From Haplodiscus bocki (Eukaryota), in assembly GCA_965655095.1 (NCBI GenBank), contig OZ296651.1:31124001-31188000 (forward strand): a DNA stretch of 64,000 nucleotides. Reading direction: 5' to 3'. Position numbers and translations under genes: made by a program. Positions 1 through 13,427 of the stretch are shown piece after piece (within the stretch, counting starts at the first letter, position 1; each line of letters begins with the position of its first letter). The notes below the pieces were generated by a model. That model did no database searches. It saw only the letters and a list, made by a program, of their open reading frames with translations, and had not been told where the DNA came from.

Positions 1-3000
1 CAGGAATAGGCGAACCGCGGTGCATCGAAAGGTCAATGATTAACTGCATTTTGAATGTTTTAGCTTGCGTTTGACAAGTTTCCTCTGTGACGGTCTTTAT
101 TTCAATGCGCTTGATTTTCTATTTTTTTTTGATTTTGCACCTCTACGTGATGTTCCGTTCTGAAAGAGGGTGTTCCGAGGCTCTTCCCAGGAATGGGTGA
201 ACCCCGGTGCCTCGAACAGTCAATGATTAGCTCCGTTCTGAGTCTTTGAGTTTGCCTTGGACTTTTTTTGTTTAAAACGGTCTTTGTTTGAATGAGCCTA
301 TTTTTCGAACCATTTGATCTTGGGAGCTTAGTGATGTTCCTTTTGGAAGAGGCCCCTCCAAATATTTGTTGATATTTTTTGTTTTTTTATTGTCACAAGT
401 TTTGTGTCTGACGGTCTTTGTTCCAAAGCTTGTTTTTCGACCCACTTGCTCTTGCTTGCGTACGTGATGTTTCGTTTAGAAAGGTTGTTCCGATGCTCCT
501 ACTGGTAATGGGTGAACCCTGGTGCATCGAGCAGTCAAATATTAGCTCCTTTCTGAATCTTTGAGTTTGCTGTGGACTTCTTTTATCTGTGACTGTCTTT
601 ATTTGATTGCGCTTGTTTTTCGATCCTTTTGATTTTCGGTGTCTACGTGATGTTCCGATCTGAAAGAGCCTGTTCCGAAGCTCCTCCCAGGAATGGGTGA
701 ACCCCGGTGCCCCGAACAGTCAATGATTAACTGCGTTCTGAATCTTGTAGCTTGCCTTTGACAAGTTTCGTCTGTGACGGTCTTTATTTGAATGCGCTTG
801 ATTTTCCATTCTTTTGATTTTACATGTCTACGTGATGTTCCGTTCTGAAAGAGGCTGTTCCGAGGCTCCTCCCAGGATTGGGTGAACCGCGGTGCATCGA
901 AAGGTCAATGATTAACTGCGTTCTGAATCTTTTAGCTTGCCTTTGACAAGTTCCGTCTGTGACGGTCTTTATTTGAATGCGCTTGATTTTCCATTCTTTT
1001 GATTTTTACATGTCTATGTGATGTTCCGTTCTGAAAGAGGCTGTTCCGAGGCTCCTCCCAGGATTGGGTGAACCCCGGTGCCTCGAACAGTCAATGATTA
1101 ACTGCGTTCTGAATCTTGTAGCTTGATTGCGGTGGTTACAGGGCTCCACGAGCAGTTGTGTAAGCCTGGCAACTGGATCAGTTGAAGATGACCTCCGCAG
1201 ATTCGTTTCTGTTGACACGTTCTGACTGTTTGACCGTCTTTATTTGAATGAGCTTTTGATTTATCAACCCTTCAAGTCTTCCTTGATTACGTGATGTTCC
1301 GTTTAGAAAGAGGTTTTTGCAGAGGCTCCTCCCGGTAATGTGTGAACCCTGGTGCATCGAGCAGTCATTGATTAACTGCGTTCTGAATCTTGTAACTTGC
1401 CTTTGACAAGTTTCGTCTGTGACGGTCTTTATTTGAATGCGCTTGATTTTCCATTCTTTTGATTTTGCATGTTTAGGTGATATTCCGTTCCGAAAGAGGT
1501 TGATCCGCAGCTCCTACCAGGAATGGGTTAACCCTGGTGGCTCGAGCAGTCAATGATTAGCTCCGTTCTGACTCTTTGAGTTCGCCTTGGACTTATTTCG
1601 TTTAAAACGGTCTTTATTTGAATGAGCCTATTTTTCGTCCCATTTGATCTTGCAGGCTTAGTGATGTTCCCTTTAGAAGAGGACCCTGAAAATGTTTGGT
1701 GGTAATTTTTGTTTTATTTAATGTCACAAGTTCTCTGTGTGACGGTCTTTGTTTGAAAGCTTGTTTTCCGACCCACTTGCTCTTGATTGCGTACGTGATG
1801 GTCCGTTTAGAAAGGTTGTTCCGATGCTCCTACCGGTAATGGGTGAACCCTGGTGGCTCGAGCAGTCAATGATTAGCTCCGTTCTGACTCTTTGAGTTCG
1901 CCTTGGACTTATTTCGTTTAAAACGGTCTTTATTTGAATGAGCCTATTTTTCGTCCCATTTGATCTTGCAGGCTTAGTGATGTTCCCTTTAGAAGAGGAC
2001 CCTGAAAATGTTTGGTGGTAATTTTTGTTTTATTTAATGTCACAAGTTCTGTGTGTGACGGTCTTTGTTTGAAAGCTTGTTTTCCGACCCACTTGCTCTT
2101 GATTGCGTACGTGATGGTCCGTTTAGAAAGGTTGTTCCGATGCTCCTACCGGTAATGGGTGAACCCTGATGCATCGAGCAGTCAATGATTAGCTCCGTTC
2201 TGAATCTTTGCGTTTGCCGTGGACTTATTTCGTCTGTGACGGTCTTGATTTGAATGCGCTTGTTTTTCCATTCTTTTGATTTTGCATGTTTACGTGATGT
2301 TCCGTTCCGGAAGAGGCTGATCCGCAGCTCCTACCAGGAATGGGTTAACCCTGGTGGCTCGAGCAGTCAATGATTAGCTCCGTTCTGACTCTTTGAGTTT
2401 GCCTTGGACTTTTTTCGTTTAAAACTGTCTTTATTTGAATGAGCCTATTTTTCGACCCATTTGATCTTGCCAGCTTAGTGATGTTCAATTTAGAAGGGGC
2501 GCCTCAAAATGTTTGGTGATAATTGTTGTTTTATTTAATGTCACAAGTTCTGTGTGTGACGGTCTTTGTTTGAAAGCTTGTTTTTCGACCCAATTGATCT
2601 TGATTGCGTGCGTGATGATCCGTTTAGAAAGGTTGTTCCGAGGCTCGTACCGGTAATGGGTGAAACCTGGTGCATCGAGCAGTCAACGATTAGCTCCGTT
2701 CTGAATCTTTGCGTTTGCCGTGGTTTTATTTCGTCTGTGACGGTCTTTATTAGAATGCGCTTGATTTTCCATTCTTTTGATTTTGCATGTCTACGTGATG
2801 TTCAGTTCTGAAAGAGGCTGTTCTGAGGTTCCTCCCAGGAATGGGTGAACCCCGGTGCCTGGAACAGTCAATGATTAACTGCTTTCTGAATCTTGTAGCT
2901 TGCCTTTGACAAGTTCCGTCTGTGACGGTCTTTATTTGAATGCGCTTGATTTTCCATTCTTTTGATTTTACATGTCTACGTGATGTTCCGTTCTGAAAGA

Positions 3001-4388
3001 GGCTGTTCCGAGGCTCCTCCCAGGAATGGGTGAACCCCGGTGCCTCGAACAGTCAATGATTAACTGCGTTCTGAATCTTGTAGTTTGATTGCGGTGGTTA
3101 CAGGGCTCCACGAGCAGTTGTGTAAGCCTGGCAACTGGATCAGTTGAAGATGACCTCCGCAGATTCGTTTCTGTTGACACGTTCTGACTGTTTGACCGTC
3201 TTTATTTGAATGAGCTTTTGATTTATCAACCCTTCAAGTCTTCCTTGATTACGTGATGTTCCGTTTAGAAAGAGGTTTTTGCAGAGGCTCCTCCCGGTAA
3301 TGTGTGAACCCTGGTGCATCGAGCAGTCATTGATTAACTGCGTTCTGAATCTTGTAACTTGCCTTTGACAAGTTTCGTCTGTGACGGTCTTTATTTGAAT
3401 GCGCTTGATTTTCCATTCCTTTGATTTTGCATGTTTACGTGATGTTCCGTTCCGGAAGAGGCTGATCCGCAGCTCCTCCCAGGAACAGGTGAACCGCGGT
3501 GCATCGAAAAGTCAATGATTAACTGCATTCTGAATGTTGTAGCTTGCCTTTGACAAGTTTCGTCTGTGACGGTCTTTATTTGAATGCGCTTGATTTTCTA
3601 TTTTTTTTTGATTTTGCACCTCTACGTCATGTTCCGTTCTGAACGAGGGTGTTCCGAGGCTCTTCTCAGGAATGTGTGAACTCCGGTGCCTCGAACAGTC
3701 AATGATTAGCTCCGTTCTGAGTCTGAGTTTGCCTTGGACTTTTTTCGTTTAAAACGGTCTTTATTTGAATGAGCCTTTTTTCGACCCTTTTGATTTTGCA
3801 TGTGTACTTGATGTTCCCTTTGGAAGGAGGCTGTTCTGAAGCTCCTCGCAGGAATGGGTTAACCCTGGTGGCTGGAGCAGTCAAGCATTAGTTCTGTTCT
3901 GAGTCTTTGAGTTTGCCTTGGACTTTTTTCGTTTAAAACGGTCTTTATTTGAATGAGCCTTTTTGTCGACCCATTTGATCTTGGGAGCTGAGTGATGTTC
4001 CTTTTGGAAGAGGACCTTCCAAATATTTGTTGATATTTGTTGTTTTATTTAATATCACAAGTTTTGTGGGTGACGGTCTTTGTTCCAAAGCTTGTTTTTC
4101 GACCCACTTGCTCTTGCTTGCGTACGTGATATTCCGTTTAGAAAGGTTGTTCCGTCGCTCCTACTGGTAATGGGTGAACCCTGGTGCATCGAGCAGTCAA
4201 CGATTAGCTCCGTTCTGAATCTTTGCGTTTGCCGTGGACTTATTTCCTCTGTGACAGTCTTTATTAGAATGCGCTTGATTTTCCATTCTTTTGATTTTGC
4301 ATGTCTACGTGATGTTCCGTTCTGAAAGAGGCTGTTCCGAGGCTCCTCCCAGGAATGGGTGAACCCCGGTGCCTGGAACAGTCAATGA

Positions 4389-7300
4389 TTAACTGCTTTC
4401 TGAATCTTGTAGCTTGCCTTTCACAATTTTCGTCTGTGACGGTCTTTATTTGAATGCGCTTGATTTTCCATTCTTTTGATTTTGCATGTTTACGTGATGT
4501 TCCGTTCCGGAAGAGGCTGATCGGCAGCTCCTCCCAGGAATAGGCGAACCGCGGTGCATCGAAAGGTCAATGATTAACTGCATTCTGAATGTTTTAGCTT
4601 GCGTTTGACAAGTTTCGTCTGTGACGGTCTTTATTTGAATGCGCTTGATTTTCTATTTTTTTTTGATTTTGCACCTCTACGTGATGTTCCGTTCTGAAAG
4701 AGGGTGTTCCGAGGCTCTTCCCAGGAATGGGTGAACCCCGGTGCCTCGAACAGTCAATGATTAGCTCCGTTCTGAGTCTTTGAGTTTGCCTTGGACTTTT
4801 TTCGTTTAAAACGGTCTTTGTTTGAATGAGCCTATTTTTCGAACCATTTGATCTTGGGAGCTTAGTGATGTTCCTTTTGGAAGAGGCCCCTCCAAATATT
4901 TGTTGATATTTGTTGTTTTATTTATTGTCACAAGTTTTGTGTCTGACGGTCTTTGTTCCAAAGCTTGTTTTTCGACCCACTTGCTCTTGCTTGCGTACGT
5001 GATATTTCGTTTAGAAAGGTTGTTCCGAGGCTCCTACTGGTAATGGGTGAACCCTGGTGCATCGAGCAGTCAAATATTAGCTCCTTTCTGAATCTTTGAG
5101 TTTGCTGTGGACTTCTTTTATCTGTGACTGTCTTTATTTGATTGAGCTTGTTTTTCGATCCTTTTGATTTTCGGTGTCTACGTGATGTTCCGATCTGAAA
5201 GAGGCTGTTCCGAAGCTCCTCCCAGGAATGGGTGAACCCCGGTGCCCCGAACAGTCAATGATTAACGGCGTTCTGAATCTTGTAGCTTGCCTTTGACAAG
5301 TTGCGTCTGTGACGGTCTTTATTTGAATGCGCTTGATTTTCCATTCTTTTGATTTTACATGTCTACGTGATGTTCCGTTCTGAAAGAGGCTGTTCCGAGG
5401 CTCCTCCCAGGAATGGGTGAACCCCGGTGCCTCGAACAGTCAATGAATAACTGCGTTCTGAATCTTGTAGCTTGATTGCGGTGGTTACAGGGCTCCACGA
5501 GCAGTTGTGTAAGCCTGGCAACTGGATCAGTTGAAGATGACCTCCGCAGATTCGTTTCTGTTGACACGTTCTGACTGTTTGACCGTCTTTATTTGAATGA
5601 GCTTTTGATTTATCAACCCTTCAAGTCTTCCTTGATTACGTGATGTTCCGTTTAGAAAGAGGTTTTTGCAGAGGCTCCTCCCGGTAATGTGTGAACCCTG
5701 GTGCATCGAGCAGTCATTGATTAACTGCGTTCTGAATCTTGTAACGTGCCTTTGACAAGTTTCGTCTGTGACGGTCTTTATTTGAATGCGCTTGATTTTC
5801 CATTCCTTTGATTTTGCATGTTTAGGTGATATTCCGTTCCGAAAGAGGTTGATCCGCAGCTCCTACCAGGAAGGGGTTAACCCTGTTGGCTCGAGCACTC
5901 AATGATTAGCTCCGTTCTGACTCTTTGAGTTCGCCTTGGACTTATTTCGTTTAAAACGGTCTTTATTTGAATGAGCCTATTTTTCGTCCCATTTGATCTT
6001 GCAGGCTTAGTGATGTTCCCTTTAGAAGAGGACCCTCAAAATGTTTGGTGGTAATTGTTGTTTTATTCAATGTCACAAGTTCTGTGTGTGACGGTCTTTG
6101 TTTGAAAGCTTGTTTTCCGACCCACTTGCTCTTGATTGCGTACGTGATGGTCCGTTTAGAAAGGTTTTTCCGAGGCTTCTACCGGTAACGGGTGAACCCT
6201 GATGCATCGAGCAGTCAACGATTAGCTCCGTTCTGAATCTTTGCGTTAGCCGTGGACTTATTTCGTCTGTGACGGTCTTTATTAGAATGCGCTTGATTTT
6301 CCATTCTTTTGATTTTGCATGTCTACGTGATGTTCCGTTCTGAAAGAGGCTGTTCCGAGGCTCCTCCCAGGAATGGGTGAACCCCGGTGCCTGGAACAGT
6401 CAATGATTAGCTCCGTTCTGAGTCTGAGTTTGCCTTGGACTTTTTTCGTTTAAAACGGTCTTTATTTGAATGAGCCTTTTTTTCGACCCTTTTCATTTTG
6501 CATGTGTACTTGATGTTCCCTTTGGAAGGAGGCTGTTCTGAAGCTCCTCGCAGGAATGGGTTAACCCTGGTGGCTGGAGAAGTCAAGGATTAGTTCTGTT
6601 CTGAGCCTTTGAGTTTGCCTTGGACTTTTTTCGTTTAAAACGGTCTTTATTTGAATGAGCCTTTTTGTCGACCCATTTGATCTTGGGAGCTTAGTGATGT
6701 TCCTTTTGGAAGAGGACCCTCCAAATATTTGTTGATATTTGTTGTTTTATTTAATGCCACAAGTTTTGTGGGTGACGGTCTTTGTTCCAAAGCTTGTTTT
6801 TCGACCCACTTGCTCTTGCTTGCGTACGTGATATTCCGTTTAGAAAGGTTGTTCCGTGGCTCCTACTGGTAATGGGTGAACCCTGGTGCATCGAGCAGTC
6901 AAATATTAGCTCCTTTCTGAATCTTTGAGTTTGCTGTGGACTTCTTTTATCTGTGACTGTCTTTATTTGATTGCGCTTGTTTTTCGATCCTTTTGATTTT
7001 GCATCTCTACGTGATGTTCCGTTCTGAAAGAGGCGCTTCCGAGGCTCCTCCCAGGAATGGATTAACCCTGGTGCATCGAGCAGTCAACGATTAACTGCTT
7101 TCTGAATCTTGTAGCTTGCCTTTCACAAGTTTCGTCTGTGACGGTCTTTATTTGAATGCGCTTGATTTTCCATTCTTTTGATTTTGCATGTTTACGTGAT
7201 GTTCCGTTCCGGAAGAGGCTGATCCGCAGCTCCTCCCAGGAATAGGCGAACCGCGGTGCATCGAAAGGTCAATGATTAACTGCATTCTGAATCTTGTAGC

Positions 7301-9795
7301 TTGCGTTTGACAAGTTTCGTCTGTGACGGTCTTTATTTGAATGCGCTTGATTTTCTATTTTTTTTTGATTTTGCACCTCTACGTGATGTTCCGTTCTGAA
7401 AGAGGGTGTTCCGAGGTTCTTCCCAGGAATGGGTGAACCCCGGTGCCTCGAACAGTCAATGATTAGCTCCGTTCTCAGTCTTTGAGTTTGCCTTGGACTT
7501 TTTTCGTTTAAAACGGTCTTTGTTTGAATGAGCCTATTTTTCGAACCATTTGATCTTGGGAGCTTAGTGATGTTCCTTTTGGAAGAGGCCCCTCCAAATA
7601 TTTGTTGATATTTGTTGTTTTATTTATTGTCACAAGTTTTGTGTCTGACGGTCTTTGTTCCAAAGCTTGTTTTTCGACCCACTTGCTCTTGCTTGCGTAC
7701 GTGATGTTTCGTTTAGAAAGGTTGTTCCGAGGCTCCTACTGGTAATGGGTGAACCCTGGTGCATCGAGCAGTCAAATATTAGCTCCTTTCTGAATCTTTG
7801 AGTTTGCTGTGGACTTCTTTTATCTGTGACTGTCTTTATTTGATTGAGCTTGTTTTTCGATCCTTTTGATTTTCGGTGTCTACGTGATGTTCCGATCTGA
7901 AAGAGGCTGTTCCGAAGCTCCTCCCAGGAATGGGTGAACCCCGGTGCCCCGAACAGTCAATGATTAACTGCGTTCTGAATCTTGTAGCTTGCCTTTGACA
8001 AGTTGCGTCTGTGACGGTCTTTATTTGAATGCGCTTGATTTTCCATTCTTTTGATTTTACATGTCTACGTGATGTTCCGTTCTGAAAGAGGCTGTTCCGA
8101 GGCTCCTCCCAGGAATGGGTGAACCCCGGTGCCTCGAACAGTCAATGAATAACTGCGTTCTGAATCTTGTAGCTTGATTGCGGTGGTTACAGGGCTCCAC
8201 GAGCAGTTGTGTAAGCCTGGCAACTGGATCAGTTGAAGATGACCTCCGCAGATTCGTTTCTGTTGACACGTTCTGACTGTTTGACCGTCTTTATTTGAAT
8301 GAGCTTTTGATTTATCAACCCTTCAAGTCTTCCTTGATTACGTGATGTTCCGTTTAGAAAGAGGTTTTTGCAGAGGCTCCTCCCGGTAATGTGTGAACCC
8401 TGGTGCATCGAGCAGTCATTGATTAACTGCGTTCTGAATCTTGTAACGTGCCTTTGACAAGTTTCGTCTGTGACGGTCTTTATTTGAATGCGCTTGATTT
8501 TCCATTCCTTTGATTTTGCATGTTTAGGTGATATTCCGTTCCGAAAGAGGTTGATCCGCAGCTCCTACCAGGAAGGTGTTAACCCTGTTGGCTCGAGCAC
8601 TCAATGATTAGCTCCGTTCTGACTCTTTGAGTTCGCCTTGGACTTATTTCGTTTAAAACGGTCTTTATTTGAATGAGCCTATTTTTCGTCCCATTTGATC
8701 TTGCAGGCTTAGTGATGTTCCCTTTAGAAGAGGACCCTCAAAATGTTTGGTGGTAATTGTTGTTTTATTCAATGTCACAAGTTCTGTGTGTGACGGTCTT
8801 TGTTTGAAAGCTTGTTTTCCGACCCACTTGCTCTTGATTGCGTACGTGATGGTCCGTTTAGAAAGGTTGTTCCGAGGCTTCTACCGGTAACGGGTGAACC
8901 CTGATGCATCGAGCAGTCAACGATTAGCTCCGTTCTGAATCTTTGCGTTAGCCGTGGACTTATTTCGTCTGTGACGGTCTTTATTAGAATGCGCTTGATT
9001 TTCCATTCTTTTGATTTTGCATGTCTACGTGATGTTCCGTTCTGAAAGAGGCTGTTCCGAGGCTCCTCCCAGGAATGGGTGAACCCCGGTGCCTGGAACA
9101 GTCAATGATTAGCTCCGTTCTGAGTCTGAGTTTGCCTTGGACTTTTTTCGTTTAAAACGGTCTTTATTTGAATGAGCCTTTTTTTCGACCCTTTTCATTT
9201 TGCATGTGTACTTGATGTTCCCTTTGGAAGGAGGCTGTTCTGAAGCTCCTCGCAGGAATGGGTTAACCCTGGTGGCTGGAGAAGTCAAGGATTAGTTCTG
9301 TTCTGAGCCTTTGAGTTTGCCTTGGACTTTTTTCGTTTAAAACGGTCTTTATTTGAATGAGCCTTTTTGTCGACCCATTTGATCTTGGGAGCTTAGTGAT
9401 GTTCCTTTTGGAAGAGGACCCTCCAAATATTTGTTGATATTTGTTGTTTTATTTAATGCCACAAGTTTTGTGGGTGACGGTCTTTGTTCCAAAGCTTGTT
9501 TTTCGACCCACTTGCTCTTGCTTGCGTACGTGATATTCCGTTTAGAAAGGTTGTTCCGTGGCTCCTACTGGTAATGGGTGAACCCTGGTGCATCGAGCAG
9601 TCAAATATTAGCTCCTTTCTGAATCTTTGAGTTTGCTGTGGACTTCTTTTATCTGTGACTGTCTTTATTTGATTGCGCTTGTTTTTCGATCCTTTTGATT
9701 TTGCATCTCTACGTGATGTTCCGTTCTGAAAGAGGCGCTTCCGAGGCTCCTCCCAGGAATGGATTAACCCTGGTGCATCGAGCAGTCAACGATTA
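4389..9795. repeat. Near-identical tandem duplication, period 2702 bp
   Basis: TTAACTGCTTTCTGAATC at 4389 and 7091; ORFs 5355 and 8057 are identical. Confidence 0.85.
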
Positions 9796-10116
9796 GCTCC
9801 GTTCTGAATCTTTGCGTTTGCCGTGGACTTATTTCGTCTGTGACAGTCTTTATAAGAATGCGCTTGATTTTCCATTCTTTTGATTTTGCATGTCTACGTG
9901 ATGTTCCGTTCTGAAAGAGGCTGTTCCGAGGCTCCTCCCAGGAATGGGTGAACCCCGGTGCCTGGAACAGTCAATGATTAACTGCTTTCTGAATCTTGTA
10001 GCTTGCCTTTCACAAGTTTCGTCTGTGACGGTCTTTATTTGAATGCGCTTGATTTTCCATTCTTTTGATTTTGCATGTTTACGTGATGTTCCGTTCCGGA
10101 AGAGGCTGATCCGCAG

Positions 10117-13100
10117 CTCCTCCCAGGAATAGGCGAACCGCGGTGCATCGAAAGGTCAATGATTAACTGCATTCTGAATCTTGTAGCTTGCGTTTGACAA
10201 GTTTCGTCTGTGACGGTCTTTATTTGAATGCGCTTGATTTTCTATTTTTTTTTTGATTTTGCACCTCTACGTGATGTTCCGTTCTGAAAGAGGGTGTTCC
10301 GAGGTTCTTCCCAGGAATGGGTGAACCCCGGTGCCTCGAACAGTCAATGATTAGCTCCGTTCTGAGTCTTTGAGTTTGCCTTGGACTTTTTTCGTTTAAA
10401 ACGGTCTTTGTTTGAATGAGCCTATTTTTCGAACCATTTGATCTTGGGAGCTTAGTGATGTTCCTTTTGGAAGAGGCCCCTCCAAATATTTGTTGATATT
10501 TGTTGTTTTATTTATTGTCACAAGTTTTGTGTCTGACGGTCTTTGTTCCAAAGCTTGTTTTTCGACCCACTTGCTCTTGCTTGCGTACGTGATGTTTCGT
10601 TTAGAAAGGTTGTTCCGAGGCTCCTACTGGTAATGGGTGAACCCTGGTGCATCGAGCAGTCAAATATTAGCTCCTTTCTGAATCTTTGAGTTTGCTGTGG
10701 ACTTCTTTTATCTGTGACTGTCTTTATTTGATTGAGCTTGTTTTTCGATCCTTTTGATTTTCGGTGTCTACGTGATGTTCCGATCTGAAAGAGGCTGTTC
10801 CGAAGCTCCTCCCAGGAATGGGTGAACCCCGGTGCCCCGAACAGTCAATGAATAACTGCGTTCTGAATCTTGTAGCTTGATTGCGGTGGTTACAGGGCTC
10901 CGCGAGCAGTTGTGTAAGCCTGGCAACTGGATCAGTTGAAGATGACCTCCGCAGATTCGTTTCTGTTGACACGTTCTGACTGTTTGACCGTCTTTATTTG
11001 AATGAGCTTTTGATTTATCAACCCTTCAAGTCTTCCTTGATTACGTGATGTTCCGTTTAGAAAGAGGTTTTTGCAGAGGCTCCTCCCGGTAATGTGTGGA
11101 CCCTGGTGCATCGAGCAGTCATTGATTAACTGCGTTCTGAATCTTGTAACTTGCCTTTGACAAGTTTCGTCTGTGACGGTCTTTATTTGAATGCGCTTGA
11201 TTTTCCATTCTTTTGATTTTGCATGTTTAGGTGATATTCCGTTCCGAAAGAGGTTGATCCGCAGCTCCTACCAGGAAGGGGTTAACCCTGGTGGCTCGAG
11301 CAGTCAATGATTAGCTCCGTTCTGACTCTTTGAGTTCGCCTTGGACTTATTTCGTTTAAAACGGTCTTTATTTGAATGAGCCTATTTTTCGTCCCATTTG
11401 ATCTTGCAGGCTTAGTGATGTTCCCTTTAGAAGAGGACCCTCAAAATGTTTGGTGGTAATTGTTGTTTTATTTAATGTCACAAGTTCTGTGTGTGACGGT
11501 CTTTGTTTGAAAGCTTGTTTTCCGACCCACTTGCTCTTGATTGCGTACGTGATGGTCCGTTTAGAAAGGTTGTTCCGAGGCTCCTACCGGTAACGGGTGA
11601 ACCCTGATGCATCGAGCAGTCAACGATTAGCTCCGTTCTGAATCTTTGCGTTTGCCGTGGACTTATTTCGTCTGTGACGGTCTTTATTAGAATGCGCTTG
11701 ATTTTCCATTCTTTTGATTTTGCATGTCTACGTGATGTTCCGTTCTGAAAGAGGCTGTTCCGAGGCTCCTCCCAGGAATAGGCGAACCGCGGTGCATCGA
11801 AAGGTCAATGATTAACTGCATTCTGAATCTTGTAGCTTGCGTTTGACAAGTTTCGTCTGTGACGGTCTTTATTTGAATGCGCTTGATTTTCTATTTTTTT
11901 TTGATTTTGCACCTCTACGTGATGTTCCGTTCTGAAAGAGGGTGTTCCGAGGTTCTTCCCAGGAATGGGTGAACCCCGGTGCCTCGAACAGTCAATGATT
12001 AGCTCCGTTCTGAGTCTTTGAGTTTGCCTTGGACTTTTTTCGTTTAAAACGGTCTTTGTTTGAATGAGCCTATTTTTCGAACCATTTGATCTTGGGAGCT
12101 TAGTGATGTTCCTTTTGGAAGAGGCCCCTCCAAATATTTGTTGATATTTGTTGTTTTATTTATTGTCACAAGTTTTGTGTCTGACGGTCTTTGTTCCAAA
12201 GCTTGTTTTTCGACCCACTTGCTCTTGCTTGCGTACGTGATGTTTCGTTTAGAAAGGTTGTTCCGAGGCTCCTACTGGTAATGGGTGAACCCTGGTGCAT
12301 CGAGCAGTCAAATATTAGCTCCTTTCTGAATCTTTGAGTTTGCTGTGGACTTCTTTTATCTGTGACTGTCTTTATTTGATTGAGCTTGTTTTTCGATCCT
12401 TTTGATTTTCGGTGTCTACGTGATGTTCCGATCTGAAAGAGGCTGTTCCGAAGCTCCTCCCAGGAATGGGTGAACCCCGGTGCCCCGAACAGTCAATGAA
12501 TAACTGCGTTCTGAATCTTGTAGCTTGATTGCGGTGGTTACAGGGCTCCGCGAGCGGTTGTGTAAGCCTGGCAACTGGATCAGTTGAAGATGACCTCCGC
12601 AGATTCGTTTCTGTTGACACGTTCTGACTGTTTGACCGTCTTTATTTGAATGAGCTTTTGATTTATCAACCCTTCAAGTCTTCCTTGATTACGTGATGTT
12701 CCGTTTAGAAAGAGGTTTTTGCAGAGGCTCCTCCCGGTAATGTGTGGACCCTGGTGCATCGAGCAGTCATTGATTAACTGCGTTCTGAATCTTGTAACTT
12801 GCCTTTGACAAGTTTCGTCTGTGACGGTCTTTATTTGAATGCGCTTGATTTTCCATTCTTTTGATTTTGCATGTTTAGGTGATATTCCGTTCCGAAAGAG
12901 GTTGATCCGCAGCTCCTACCAGGAAGGGGTTAACCCTGGTGGCTCGAGCAGTCAATGATTAGCTCCGTTCTGACTCTTTGAGTTCGCCTTAGACTTATTT
13001 CGTTTAAAACGGTCTTTATTTGAATGAGCCTATTTTTCGTCCCATTTGATCTTGCAGGCTTAGTGATGTTCCCTTTAGAAGAGGACCCTCAAAATGTTTG

Positions 13101-13427
13101 GTGGTAATTGTTGTTTTATTTAATGTCACAAGTTCTGTGTGTGACGGTCTTTGTTTGAAAGCTTGTTTTCCGACCCACTTGCTCTTGATTGCGTACGTGA
13201 TGGTCCGTTTAGAAAGGTTGTTCCGAGGCTCCTACCGGTAACGGGTGAACCCTGATGCATCGAGCAGTCAACGATTAGCTCCGTTCTGAATCTTTGCGTT
13301 TGCCGTGGACTTATTTCGTCTGTGACGGTCTTTATTAGAATGCGCTTGATTTTCCATTCTTTTGATTTTGCATGTCTACGTGATGTTCCGTTCTGAAAGA
13401 GGCTGTTCCGAGGCTCCTCCCAGGAAT
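10117..13427. repeat. Near-identical tandem duplication, period ~1648 bp
   Basis: ORFs 10724/12372; CTCCTCCCAGGAATAGGCG at 10117 and 11766. Confidence 0.8.

Noticed and set aside
3831-3885. HDV-like ribozyme (TCCTCGC loop-like motif, CGAA before a pairing strand)
   Set aside because: The P1 and P3 pairings of the nested double pseudoknot cannot be formed.
5367-5461. Box C/D snoRNA repeat (GTGATGT..CTGA..ATGAWTA..CTGA)
   Set aside because: The C-like boxes lack the terminal GA needed for the kink-turn, the guide segments are only 6-8 nt, and the first CTGA is not conserved across classes.
5361-5471. 5S rRNA array (GTCTACG...CTGAA start, ATGGGTGA internal motif)
   Set aside because: The motifs are not collinear with 5S spacing and the 5S helices cannot be built.
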